Shown here: positions 1-9,900 of the stretch, piece by piece
Numbering within the stretch: position 1 is the stretch's first letter
How the letters are laid out: every line of letters begins with the position of its first letter
DNA from: Polyangium spumosum
GTDB lineage: Bacteria; Myxococcota_A; Polyangia; Polyangiales; Polyangiaceae
Length of the DNA stretch: 64,000 nucleotides
Reading direction: 5' to 3'
Assembly: GCF_009649845.1 (NCBI RefSeq)
Contig: NZ_WJIE01000009.1
Location: 96,685 to 160,684, forward strand
Made by a program: the position numbers and the translations under genes
The notes under the pieces: model-generated
Told to the model about the DNA's origin: nothing
Database searches by the model: none
Seen by the model: the letters and a program-made list of their open reading frames with translations, nothing else

Positions 1-838
1 GCGCGCGTTGCGCGAGGTCGAACCACTTCTGCGCGCCCTCCTCGTCCTCCTGGCGGATGCGCAGCACCTCGGCGCCGAGCACGGCGGCGTGGGCGCGCGA
101 GGCGGGCGTCGGCGAGACGCGCGCCTCGGCGTCGAGCACCTCGACCGTGCCTTGCCAGTCCTGGTCCCGCGCGAGCAGGCCGCGGAGCTGGCGGTGCGCG
201 AGCGGAGAGCTCGGCGCGAGCTCGCGCGCCTCGGCCGCGATCGCGCGCGCCGTCTGCTCTTCGCCCGCCATCGCGTAGATCTCGGACACCGCCACGAGCG
301 CCTTCGCGCGCGCGGCCTTGTCCTCCATCGCCTCCGCCTCGGCGCGCAGCCACGCGGCTCGCTCGGCCCACGCGTCACGCTGCTGCGTGCGCACGAGGTG
401 CGCCGTGGCGTCTTGCTCGTCGTCGAACGTGGGCGCCCCCGCGAGCGGCGCGCGCTCTCGCCGCGACGGCGCGACCGGGGCGTCGTCGTCGGCCTCGGCT
501 TCGGCTTCGGCCTCGATCTCGGCGACGACCTCGGCCACCGGCGTCTCCTCGACGGCCGATCCTGTCGGCGTGACGGCCTCGAGATCGACGGCCGGCCGCA
601 CCTTCGTCTCTTCGACGAGGGCCTCGACCAGCCCGTCCTCCTCGGGGACGGTCGGCATCTCGTGCCGCGCGTCCTCCTTTGCTTTCGCCGTCACCTCGCC
701 GATCTCGGGCTCGCCGCGGTTGCCCCGCAGCGACGCCATGAGCTCCTCGGGGACGTGCGCCATGATGGTCGCCGCGTCGTCGTCGTCGTCTTCGACCGCG
801 TCCGCTGCGAGGTCGATCTCGTCTTGGGGCTCGCTCAC
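1..838 (-). CDS. hypothetical acidic/helical (TPR-like) protein, 3' end outside window; GTG start at 838 (alternative ATG at 769)
   Basis: Manual translation of the minus strand gives an open frame from GTG at 838 (VSEPQDEIDLAADAVEDDDDD...AEAEAMEDKAARAKALVAVSEIYAMAGEEQ...) running to the window start. AGGA/GGAG-like RBS 10-17 nt upstream. It lies 32 nt downstream of the stop of the 1624-aa TPR gene. The + strand ORF 8..913 is its Arg-rich antisense. Confidence 0.5.
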   Translation of the reverse strand, partial: MSEPQDEIDLAADAVEDDDDDAATIMAHVPEELMASLRGNRGEPEIGEVTAKAKEDARHEMPTVPEEDGLVEALVEETKVRPAVDLEAVTPTGSAVEETPVAEVVAEIEAEAEAEADDDAPVAPSRRERAPLAGAPTFDDEQDATAHLVRTQQRDAWAERAAWLRAEAEAMEDKAARAKALVAVSEIYAMAGEEQTARAIAAEARELAPSSPLAHRQLRGLLARDQDWQGTVEVLDAEARVSPTPASRAHAAVLGAEVLRIRQEDEEGAQKWFDLAQRA

Positions 839-870
839 GGGACCTTGATCCTTTGCTCCAGAATCGCTGC

Positions 871-3800
871 TCACCGAACACCCATGCCGAGCTTCTTGCG
901 CAGCTCGAGGTAGCTGGGGGAAAGCACGAACGAGAGAAGGCGGCGCGACCGCTCGTTCTCGGTGACCACCGAGCCGAGCTGATCCCGCGGCACGTTCAAG
1001 ATGTCGCTCAGCACGATCGACACGTCGCCGGCGGCGATCACCGCCATGCGGTCCAGGCTTCGCCGTGCCGCGTGTGTCCACGCGCGCGCGTCCTGCTTGC
1101 TCGCGACGACCTTCTGGCAGACCTCGCCGATGCTCTTGCGGATCTTGCGCGAGATCTCCTTGTGCACCGCGCGCTGGATCTCGCCGTAGACGGCGTAGCC
1201 GGGGTTCGCCACCTTGATGTCGACCTCGTTGCACGCCGCGATGACGACAGACGCGACCGTGGCCTCGTCGCGCGTGCGGAGCGAGGTGATCCCGCGCCGC
1301 AAGGCGAAGACCGTCCGCGCGATGGCCGAGCGCGCCGCCGCGTCGAGCGGCGTCGTGATCCCGGAGCCGATGACGATCGAGGGCACCTCGCCGGCGACGC
1401 CGTGAACGCGCATCGGCTCGGGGCCGCCGACGTAGACCTCGAAGTCACCCTCGAAGCCCACCGCGCCCATCCACTCCGCGACCGCCACGCGCAGCGGGTG
1501 GCCGCCGCGCGAGTCGACGCGCTCCTTCTTGCCGACGCCGAGCGAGCCGAGCGTCGGGCCGAGCGCGAGCGTCACCGTCTCGGCCATGAGCACGAAGAGC
1601 TCCGCGATCGGGCCGTGGTCCTCCGGATCGGCGATCTCGGCCATGGCCCTCGCGTCGAGCACGATCTGGGGCCGCGTCGCGACGCGACCGTCGATCCGCT
1701 TGAGCTCCGTGGAGATCGCGTCGTCGTCGCGGCCGAGCGAGACGAGGCAGCCGAGCGTCGCCTGACGCAGCGCCGCGTCCTGCCCTGCCTGCGCGATCTT
1801 CGCGAGCCGCTCGACGCGATCGGCGTCGCACGGATCCTCGGAGAGCTTCTGCACGAGCACGCTCTTCGCGCGGCCGAGCAGCTTCTGGCGGAGCGCCGCG
1901 TCGTAGCTCGTCGTGAGCACGAGATCGAGCGCCTCGCCGTCGTCCGGCGACTCGTCGAGCAGCTTCACGACCGCGCCCTCGGCCTTGAGCGGCTCGTTGA
2001 TCTTGTCGCGCCAGATCGCCATCGCGAGCCGCGCGGCCTCCATGCGGCCCTCGCGCTTCTCGCGCTCCTGCATGAGCTGCTCGAGGATCGCCGTCGCGCG
2101 CGACCAGGCGCCCGTCTTGGCCGCGACACGCGCGAGGCGCTCGCGCACGGGCGGCGTGGACAAACCGGCCTCGTGGAGGCCGACGAGCACCTTGAGCGCC
2201 TTCTCGGGGGCGTTCAGCTTGTTCTCGTAGATGTCCACCGCCGCGACGCCTGACATCAGCCGCTGCTGCGCCGGCGCCTCGCCGATGCCCGAGAGCCGGC
2301 CGAGGAAATCCGCGGCCTCGGCGAACTTGCCCATCGTGATCGAGATCTCGCCCGAGAGCGCGAGCGCGCCGACGTGATCGGGCTCGAGCATCGTGACGTT
2401 CTCGAGCGCCGAGAGCGCGCCCTCGCGATCACCCTTCTTGCGGAGCACGCGCGCGCGCTCCCAGAAGAGCTTGCCGATCTCTGCCTCGTCGTCGGCGACG
2501 TCGAGGCGGCGCCCGATGATGTCGAGCAGCCTGTCGTCCTCGTTGCGCCCGCGGACGCGGCGGAAGAGTTTGTCGAAGGCGATCGAGCGGCTCGGGTCCC
2601 GATCGAACGCCCGGGCGAACGCGATCTCCGCGTCGTCGTGCGCGTCGGTGTGCTCGAGCAGGATGACGCCCGCGGACTCCCAGAACACGGCGCCCCGCGT
2701 ATCGTCCCGGCTGAGCGCGCCGAGCTGCGCGAGCGCGAGCGCCGTCGACACGTGATCGCCGAGCGCCTCGCTCGCCGCGCGCACGCCTTCCCACGACACG
2801 ATGTCGTCCTGGCGCCGCTCGACGGCCGCGCGGAAGGTGGCGAGCGCCGCCTCCACGTTGCCCGCCGCGAGCTCCGACCAGCCGGCGAGCGCGGCCGCGT
2901 CGTGACCCGCGTCCTCGCCGAGCGCATGGCTCACGTTCTTCAGGGCGAACGCGCGGCGGCGCGGATCGCAGCCGGGCATCGCGAGCTCCAGGTTCGCGAG
3001 GCGCGTCGCGTCCGACGTGCCGGCGAGCATGGGCTGCGGCGTGCTCGGCTGATCCAGCATCGCCACGAGCGCGGCCGACGCATCCATCGCCGACCACGGC
3101 TCGTCGTCGAGGAACGCGCCCACCGCGCGGCGCGCGGACACCTCGGCCTCGCGATCCTTCGCCGCGAGCGCCGCGCCGAGCCACTCGAGCGCGGCGTAGA
3201 GCTTCGGCTCCGCGTCCGCCCAGGCCGCCGCGCGCGACACCGCCGCGCCCGGGTCCTGATCGACCACGCGCGCCAGCCGGTACGCCTCGGCCCGCGCGAT
3301 CGCCGTCGCCTCGTCGCCCTGATCCTCCAGCCGATCGAGCGCGCGATCGATCGCCGCCCGATCGCTCTGCGCATCCGGCCACGTGAGCCGCGCGAGCCCC
3401 GCGGCGACCGTGATGTCGCCCGAGCCCTCGGCCTCCGCCGTCTCCAGCGCCGTCAGCGCCTCGGCGCGATCCCCCGCCTCGCCCTGACCGACCTCCAGGC
3501 CGAAGCGCTCGATCGCGATGCTCGCCGGATCTGCGCCTGCCTCCGCCGCCGTCACGAGCGCGCGGCGACGACCGTCGAGGCTGTCCGGATCGGCCCCGCG
3601 CAGCGCCCACGCGAGCAGCGCCGCCGCCGCCTTCGAGGCGCTGCCGCGCGCCTGCTCGACGAGCTCGATCGTCTTCTGCCGATCGCCGAGCCGCCACGTG
3701 AGAAGCGCAGCTTCCAGGTAGAGCGCCGCGCCGAGCTCGATGTCCTCGGTCGACGTCGCGCACGCCGACAGGATCGTCGACGCGGCCGTGAGGTCACCCG

Positions 3801-5745
3801 CGCGGCGCTCGAGCTCCGCGAGGAAGAGCGCAACCACCTCGTCCGACGGTGACGCCTCGTGCAGCTCGCGCAGCCGCGCGCGGGCGTGATCGACGTTGCC
3901 CGAGCGCACGCTGCGCAGCGCAGCGACCACCCAGAGGCCACGCGCGAGGTCCGGGTCCGTCTCGGCCTTGGCGAGCTCCTCGATCGTCTGTGCGATCGGG
4001 CGGAAGGCGACCACCTCGCCCGGCGTGAGCTTCTTCGCGCCGAGCGCGTACGCCGCGAGCACGTGGCCGAGCCACGCGGAGGCGTCACCGCCCTGCGCTG
4101 CGAGCTGCGAGAACGCCTCGGCCGCGCCGGCGGAGTCACCACGCAGCGCGCGGCTCCGGCCGAGCTCGAACCAAAGGCTCTCCTCTTCGCCCCGCTCCGC
4201 GCCGCTCGCGACGAGCTCCGCCGTCACCTGCTCGTACCACGCCGCGTCGCCGCGGACCGAGGCGAGGGTGCGCGCGATCCGCGCGAGCAGCGGCGCTGGC
4301 GTGCCGAGCGCCGCGGCCCGCCCGAGCGCGGCCTTCGCCGCGTCCGAGTCGCCCGCCTGGCATGCCCAGACGTAGGCCGCGATGATCTCCGCGCGCGCCT
4401 TCGCCTCGTTCGTCGGGCACGAGGCGCCCGACGCCTCGAGTGATCGCGCGAGCGCCGCCGGATCTTGCGCGTCGCTCAGCAGATCGAGCTCGAGCGCGCG
4501 CGCCATGATCGACGCCGGGTCCGCTTCGAGCGCGCTGCGGAGCGCGCCGAGCGCGCCGTCCCGGTCGTTGTCGAGCATCGCCGCCTCGGCGATCCGCAGC
4601 CAGAGCGCCGCGGCGCCCGGTCCTGCGACGCCGCGCTCGAGCTCCGCCTTCGCGAGCTCCGCCGCGCCCTTCGCGTCGCCGTTCGTCTCCAGCGAGGCGA
4701 GGCGCGAGCGCGCGATGACCGACGACTGCGGGAGCTGCTCGGCGGCGCGCGCGAGCAGCTTCACCCAGCCCTCTTGATCACCTGCGCGCCGCTTCAGCTC
4801 CGCCGCGCGCAGCCACGCGTCGGCCGCGTACTCCGCGCGCCGCGCGTAACGCGGCACGCCGCTCGCGTCGCCGCGTGTTTCCTCTTCGAGGGCCTCCTCG
4901 ATGAGCTGCGCTTGACCTTCCAGGGCCCGCGCGAGCGCCGTCGGGTTGTCCTCCCGCGCGGCGATCGACTCGAGCGTCACCTGCGACCGGAAACGCCCCT
5001 GACCATCCAGCGCGGCGGCGGCGTCGATCAGATCGTACGCGCGCTGCGCGTCGCCTGCCTTCGCCGAGAGCTCCGCGAGCTCGATGAACAGGATCGCCTT
5101 CCACGTCGGATCCGTGGCGAGCTCGGCGCGCGCCTCGATGGCGCGCATGCGCCCTGGCAGGTCGCCGTCCTTCGCCGCGATGAGCTCGAGCTCGAGCCAC
5201 GGCGTCGGGTCCTCGGGGCTCGCGCCGACGGCCTCTTCGAGCGCTTCCTTCGCGCCGGCGAGGCTCTGCTCGTAGTCCTGCAGGAACGCGGCGCGCTCCC
5301 AGAACGCGCGGGCGCGCTCCTCGGGGGAGACGGAGGCGCGCGTGAGCGCCTCGAGCAGTTTCCCGAGGTTCTTGATGGACTTGCGTCGGGTCAAGATCCG
5401 GACGAGGGCCTCGAGCGGCTCGCGGAACTGCGGGTCCGCGTTGAACGCCGCGAGGTAGTCCCGCGCGGCGGACGGCTCCTCCCCGTGTTTCTCCTCGAGT
5501 ACGCCGCACTCGTGCAGGAGGAGCGCTTGGAGCGCGTTGTCCTCCTGCGCGGCGTGCTCGGACCTCAAACGATTGAGCAAGGCCGCCGCATCCTCGGCCT
5601 GCCCCGTGGGCATCGGTGTCTCTACCGTCATTGGGCTCGACGCTCCCGCGGAGACGGGTTTCTGGTCCATTGCATGCTGCGTGGGGAGACTAGCCAAACG
5701 GTGCGTCGGGAGTAAAGCGTGCTCGCGACGGATCGCGACGATCAC
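871..5745 (-). CDS. large TPR-repeat protein (1624 aa as tracked; true start may be an internal Met near 5631-5670)
   Basis: Long ORF with non-degenerate Ala/Leu/Glu/Arg-rich helical-repeat composition typical of TPR arrays. Diverse C-terminal about 300 aa. Antisense frames are R/G-rich junk. Confidence 0.75.
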   Translation of the reverse strand: MIVAIRREHALLPTHRLASLPTQHAMDQKPVSAGASSPMTVETPMPTGQAEDAAALLNRLRSEHAAQEDNALQALLLHECGVLEEKHGEEPSAARDYLAAFNADPQFREPLEALVRILTRRKSIKNLGKLLEALTRASVSPEERARAFWERAAFLQDYEQSLAGAKEALEEAVGASPEDPTPWLELELIAAKDGDLPGRMRAIEARAELATDPTWKAILFIELAELSAKAGDAQRAYDLIDAAAALDGQGRFRSQVTLESIAAREDNPTALARALEGQAQLIEEALEEETRGDASGVPRYARRAEYAADAWLRAAELKRRAGDQEGWVKLLARAAEQLPQSSVIARSRLASLETNGDAKGAAELAKAELERGVAGPGAAALWLRIAEAAMLDNDRDGALGALRSALEADPASIMARALELDLLSDAQDPAALARSLEASGASCPTNEAKARAEIIAAYVWACQAGDSDAAKAALGRAAALGTPAPLLARIARTLASVRGDAAWYEQVTAELVASGAERGEEESLWFELGRSRALRGDSAGAAEAFSQLAAQGGDASAWLGHVLAAYALGAKKLTPGEVVAFRPIAQTIEELAKAETDPDLARGLWVVAALRSVRSGNVDHARARLRELHEASPSDEVVALFLAELERRAGDLTAASTILSACATSTEDIELGAALYLEAALLTWRLGDRQKTIELVEQARGSASKAAAALLAWALRGADPDSLDGRRRALVTAAEAGADPASIAIERFGLEVGQGEAGDRAEALTALETAEAEGSGDITVAAGLARLTWPDAQSDRAAIDRALDRLEDQGDEATAIARAEAYRLARVVDQDPGAAVSRAAAWADAEPKLYAALEWLGAALAAKDREAEVSARRAVGAFLDDEPWSAMDASAALVAMLDQPSTPQPMLAGTSDATRLANLELAMPGCDPRRRAFALKNVSHALGEDAGHDAAALAGWSELAAGNVEAALATFRAAVERRQDDIVSWEGVRAASEALGDHVSTALALAQLGALSRDDTRGAVFWESAGVILLEHTDAHDDAEIAFARAFDRDPSRSIAFDKLFRRVRGRNEDDRLLDIIGRRLDVADDEAEIGKLFWERARVLRKKGDREGALSALENVTMLEPDHVGALALSGEISITMGKFAEAADFLGRLSGIGEAPAQQRLMSGVAAVDIYENKLNAPEKALKVLVGLHEAGLSTPPVRERLARVAAKTGAWSRATAILEQLMQEREKREGRMEAARLAMAIWRDKINEPLKAEGAVVKLLDESPDDGEALDLVLTTSYDAALRQKLLGRAKSVLVQKLSEDPCDADRVERLAKIAQAGQDAALRQATLGCLVSLGRDDDAISTELKRIDGRVATRPQIVLDARAMAEIADPEDHGPIAELFVLMAETVTLALGPTLGSLGVGKKERVDSRGGHPLRVAVAEWMGAVGFEGDFEVYVGGPEPMRVHGVAGEVPSIVIGSGITTPLDAAARSAIARTVFALRRGITSLRTRDEATVASVVIAACNEVDIKVANPGYAVYGEIQRAVHKEISRKIRKSIGEVCQKVVASKQDARAWTHAARRSLDRMAVIAAGDVSIVLSDILNVPRDQLGSVVTENERSRRLLSFVLSPSYLELRKKLGMGVR

Positions 5746-5834
5746 GCGCGCCGCCGTGATGTGCGCGTATTCCTGCGCGGATCGTGGGCCGACTTGCCGG
5801 CTTGGTTGGGGGGAAAGGGAGACCGCCCGCTCGC

Positions 5835-6131
5835 TCAGCTCTTGCCGAGCATCGCGTCGAGCTTCTCGCGCAGCTTCGTCTCGACCACGGGGCGCATCGG
5901 GCGCAAGAAGAGCGGCAGCTCCACCCGGATCCGCACGACCTCTGCGTCGACCCGCACCGACCCCCGCGTCCCCTTCGCGGGCCCGCTCGGCGCGTCGAGC
6001 CGCAGCTCGTCACCCTCCCAGCGCCAGCGCACCCCGCGGCGTTGCTCCAGGCGCCTCGCGAGATCCTCCGCGCGCCTCCGCGCCGCGTCCTCGCTCATCC
6101 CGTGCGGCCTGTGGATGTCGATCTGCGCCAT
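5835..6131 (-). CDS. putative polyhydroxyalkanoic acid system protein (PHA_gran_rgn family)
   Basis: 98 aa; MAQIDIHRPH...RWRWEGDELRL... pattern matches the small PHA-system protein family (TIGR02610-like) as I recall it. Confidence 0.6.
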   Translation of the reverse strand: MAQIDIHRPHGMSEDAARRRAEDLARRLEQRRGVRWRWEGDELRLDAPSGPAKGTRGSVRVDAEVVRIRVELPLFLRPMRPVVETKLREKLDAMLGKS

Positions 6132-6159
6132 CGCGTGTTGTCCCCTCCGCCTCCGCGCC

Positions 6160-6756
6160 TCAGTCGATCCGCTGCACGATCCAGTAGCCGCGCGGCGTGT
6201 CCACGACGTCGCTCACGCTGCCCTTGGCGAGGCTGAAGAGAACATACTCGGGCGCCGGCTCCAAAATTCCGCGCGGCAAGCGCCCCGCGTTCTCCATCGA
6301 GCCCTTGTCGCCCTTCGCCACCGTCGCCTTGAAGTCCGTCTTGGCCTCCTCGGCGAGCTGCTTGGCGAGCGTCAGCGCCTCCTCGCGGGGCCGCGCGTTC
6401 TGCGGCGCCCCCTGCGCGCCCTTGTACTGCACGAGGATCACCCCGAACACGACCGACTTCGGCGCCTCCCCCGCGAGCGGCGGCGGCGCCTCGCCCGTGA
6501 GCAGCAACGCCCCGCCCGCGTCGACCGGACCGCCGCCCGTCGGATCGGCTTCGCCCGTGGGATCGCCGGCCCCTGCGTCCGCGCTCTCTTCGCCTGCGTC
6601 GGCCGACGCCGTCGCGTCCGGCCCTGCGTCGCTCGGCGCGCCTGCGTCGGGCGTGCTCTCGGTGGGCGACGCTCCGCGGCGACCGCCCGGAAGGACGACG
6701 AGCGCGATGGCCCCGAGGACCAACGCTGCGAAGAGGAGGGCGGTCAGCTTCTGCAT
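6160..6756 (-). CDS. secreted PpiC/parvulin-type peptidyl-prolyl cis-trans isomerase
   Basis: N-terminal signal peptide (MQKLTALLFAALVLGAIALVV). Acidic low-complexity linker. C-terminal rotamase-like region (ILVQYKGAQGAP...EEAKTDF...KGDKGSMENAG...DVVDTPRGYWIVQRID). Confidence 0.75.
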   Translation of the reverse strand: MQKLTALLFAALVLGAIALVVLPGGRRGASPTESTPDAGAPSDAGPDATASADAGEESADAGAGDPTGEADPTGGGPVDAGGALLLTGEAPPPLAGEAPKSVVFGVILVQYKGAQGAPQNARPREEALTLAKQLAEEAKTDFKATVAKGDKGSMENAGRLPRGILEPAPEYVLFSLAKGSVSDVVDTPRGYWIVQRID

Positions 6757-6939
6757 GGCGCGAGCGCGTTAGCACATTTCCCCAGCCCAGCGGAAGCGCG
6801 CGGGCGATGCCACGCCGCCCGCCCGCTCGCCGGACGGGCCCCGCGCCCGGGACGCGTGTCGAAAAGAGCCGCGCAGCCTCGAACCCTGGTAGAAGTGAGC
6901 GACGCGGAACGATCTCGCGCAAAAGGGCCCCTCGAAGGC

Positions 6940-9900
6940 ATGAGCATGGTCAAGGTCGAGTGCGACTCCTGTACGTCCCCGTACCAGGTGGAGGAACGGC
7001 GGATCCCGGCGGCGGGGCTCAAGATGCGTTGCTCGAAGTGCGGCAACAGCATCCTCGTGAAGAAGCCCACGGACGTCGCCGAGGAGATCGATCTCCCGTC
7101 GCCGGTGGCGCCGCGCGCGAAGGCCGGCACCGAGCCGCTGATGCCGCGCCCCTCGCCGGGCAAGGCGCCGACCGCTCCGCTCGCGCCGAAGCCCCCCGTG
7201 CTTCCCGCCGTCAAGCCGAAGCCGCCCGCGCCTGCGCCGAAGCCCGCGCCGAAGCCCGAGGAGGCCACGGAGCTCGATCTCTGGGGCGCCGACGAAGACC
7301 CCGGCTTCGGCGAGATCGATCTGCCCTCGCCCGCGAAGCCGACCGTGAAGCAACGGGCCGTCTCCGCGCCCCCCGCCGACGAGGAAGAAATCGCGGACCT
7401 GCCCGTGCCCGCGAAGCCAACCGTTCGGCAGATGCCCGCGGCCGTCCACGAGTTCCCCCTCGACGACGACGAGGAGGAGGACGCGGCGCTCGCGGCGATC
7501 GAGATGTCGTCGCCGAGCAAGCCGACGGTCCGGCAGATGACGACCCCCGTGACGGCGTCCCTCGAAGTGGACTTGCCGTCCCCCTCGCCGACACGCGCGG
7601 CCCCGGCGAAGGCCGCGCCGCCGAAGCGCGACGACAAGCCGACCGCGCCCGCGCGCCCCGCGGCGAAGGGCTTCGGCGAGATCGACCTGCCCTCGCCCGC
7701 GCGCCCGGCCGCGCCGAAGCCGCCGCCGCAGAGGCCCCAGGAGAAGCCGACCGCGCCCGCGCGCCCCGCGGCGAAGAGCGAGCCGGACGCCGACCTGCCC
7801 GCGCCCGCGCGCCCCACGAGGAAAAGCGCGCCCGAGATCGACCTGCCCGCGCCTGCGCGTCCCGCGCCGCCGGCCGCCAAAGGCTTCGGCGAGATCGATC
7901 TACCCGCGCCCGCGCGCCCCGCCCCGGCCGCCGCAAAAGGCTTCGGCGAGATCGACCTTCCCGCGCCCGCCCGGCCCGGCCCGGCGCGTCGGTCCTCGGC
8001 CGCGCTGCCGGCCGCGTTGCGCGAAAAACCCGTCAGCAGCTTCGATCTGCCTGCCGTCGCCGCCGACGCCGCGCTCGACATGGGCGCGTTCGGCGAGATC
8101 GACCTGCCCGCGCCGGACCTCGGCGGCTTCGGCGAGATCGACCTGCCCGCGCCCGAAGCCTCGTTCGGTGACATCGAGCTCTCCCTGCCGCCGCCCGCGG
8201 CCGCCGCGCCCCGCGCCGAGACGTCTGGCAAGGCCACGTCCATCTCCTCGTCCGTCACCGCCATCGCGCCGCCCATGTCCGCCGTCGCGGCCTTCGACGC
8301 GGGTGACTTCGGCGAGCTCGACCTTCCCCTCGCGAGTGATCCTCCGCCCGCGCCTCTCGCGGCTCCGCCCGCTTCGCCGCCACGCGCCGCGCCTCCCGTG
8401 ACCGCCGGCTTCGAGCTCGACGACGCCGCCTTCGACGCCGCGTTCGCCGATCCGCCGCCCCCCAAGGCCGCCGCCGTCGCTGCCCCCGTCATCACGCCGA
8501 TGCCGGCGAGCACGCGCGCCGCGGCCCCCGTCTCCAAGCCGGGCGAGGAGTTTTCCCTCGGCGAGCCCGACATGGACCTCTCCACCGGCGCGCCCATCAG
8601 CGTCGGCGCCGAGACCCAGCGCGCCGAGCCCCTCGTCGTCGAGGCGCCTCCTGCTCCGCCGCCCGAGAGCGACGGCATCGGCGACGAGGTCGACCTCGCG
8701 CCGGGCTCCTCGGCCAGCCTCGACGCGCTCGCCAGGCGCGACAAGGCTCCGAAGAGCCTCGCGAGGCCCGACAGCGAGCCCCGTCGCCGCGGCCGTGGGC
8801 GTGTCTACGCGATCGGCGCGGCCGTCCTCTTCGCGATCGGCGGCGGCGCCCTCGCGCTCTTGCCCGACATCGGCCCCTTCGGCGCGCACGCCGTGAGTGA
8901 TCTCCTGAACGCCTCCGCGCACGCCGACGCGCTCGCCGCCCTCGAACGAACCACACAAGCGACCCTCGACGAGGACACCGCCGCTGCCGCCGCGCGCGCC
9001 ATCGAAGCTGCCAAGGCCGCGCAGCTCGCGCGCCCGCGCCACCGCGCGACGGCCGCCTACGCCGCGTACGTCGCCTTCGCGCGCAGCATCCGCCACGGCC
9101 GGCGCGGCGACGACGAGACCCTCGGCAAGCAGCTCCTCGGCCAGACCGAAGAGCCGAGCCGCGAGCGCACCCTCGCCGTCGCCGCGCAACACGCGCTCGC
9201 CGGCCGCCTCGAGCCGGCCCGCCGCCTCACCAAGGATGCGCTCGACGCTTCCCCGAACGACATCGACGCGGCCGTGCTGCTCGGCGAGATCGAGCTCGCC
9301 TCGAACGCCACGGCCGACGCGCTCGTCGCCTGGAAACGCGCTGTCTCGATCCGCAGCGGCGCCCGCTCGCTCTTTGGCCTCGCCCGCGCCGAGCTCCGGA
9401 AGGGTGACCTCGCGGCGGCCGAGAAGGCCGCGCGCGCCGCGCTCGAGGCCTCGCCCAAGCACGCCGCCGCGCGCGCCTTGCTCGCCGCGATCCTCGGCCG
9501 CGACAAGGCAAAAGAGGCCGAGGCCCTCGAGCTGCTCGGCAAGGTCACGGCCGAGGGCGACGTCCGCGCCTCCGGCAGCGAGCGCGAGCTCGTCGACGCC
9601 TACGTCGAGACCGGCCTCATCCACCTCGCGCGTTCGCGCATCACCGCCGCCGAGCAGGCCTTCGCCGCTGCCCTCGCGATCGACCCGCGCGACGTCGACG
9701 CGCTCGTCGGCCACGGCGAGCTCTTCTACCGGTCGAGCCGCTACTCGCAGGCGCTCCTCCGCTTCGAGGAGGCCATGCGCGCCGACGAGACCAGCGTCGC
9801 GGCGCGCGCCGGCGCGACGAAGACCCTGGTCGCGCTCGAGCGCCCCAAGGACGCGAAGGTCCTCGCCGAGAAGCTCCGCAAGGACAAGCCCGACCTGGCC

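Noticed and set aside
8-913. 301-aa + ORF (and 375..881 - ORF) at the window start
   Set aside because: Extremely Arg/Leu/Gly-rich. It is the antisense or off-frame of the minus-strand gene I translated manually (1..838), and overlaps the end of the 1624-aa TPR gene.
5719-6939. 5' 1.2 kb of the tracked 1833-aa ORF 5719..11220
   Set aside because: R/P/A-rich junk that overlaps real minus-strand genes (the PHA protein and the PPIase). The genuine start is the ATG at 6940, just ahead of the zinc-ribbon motif.
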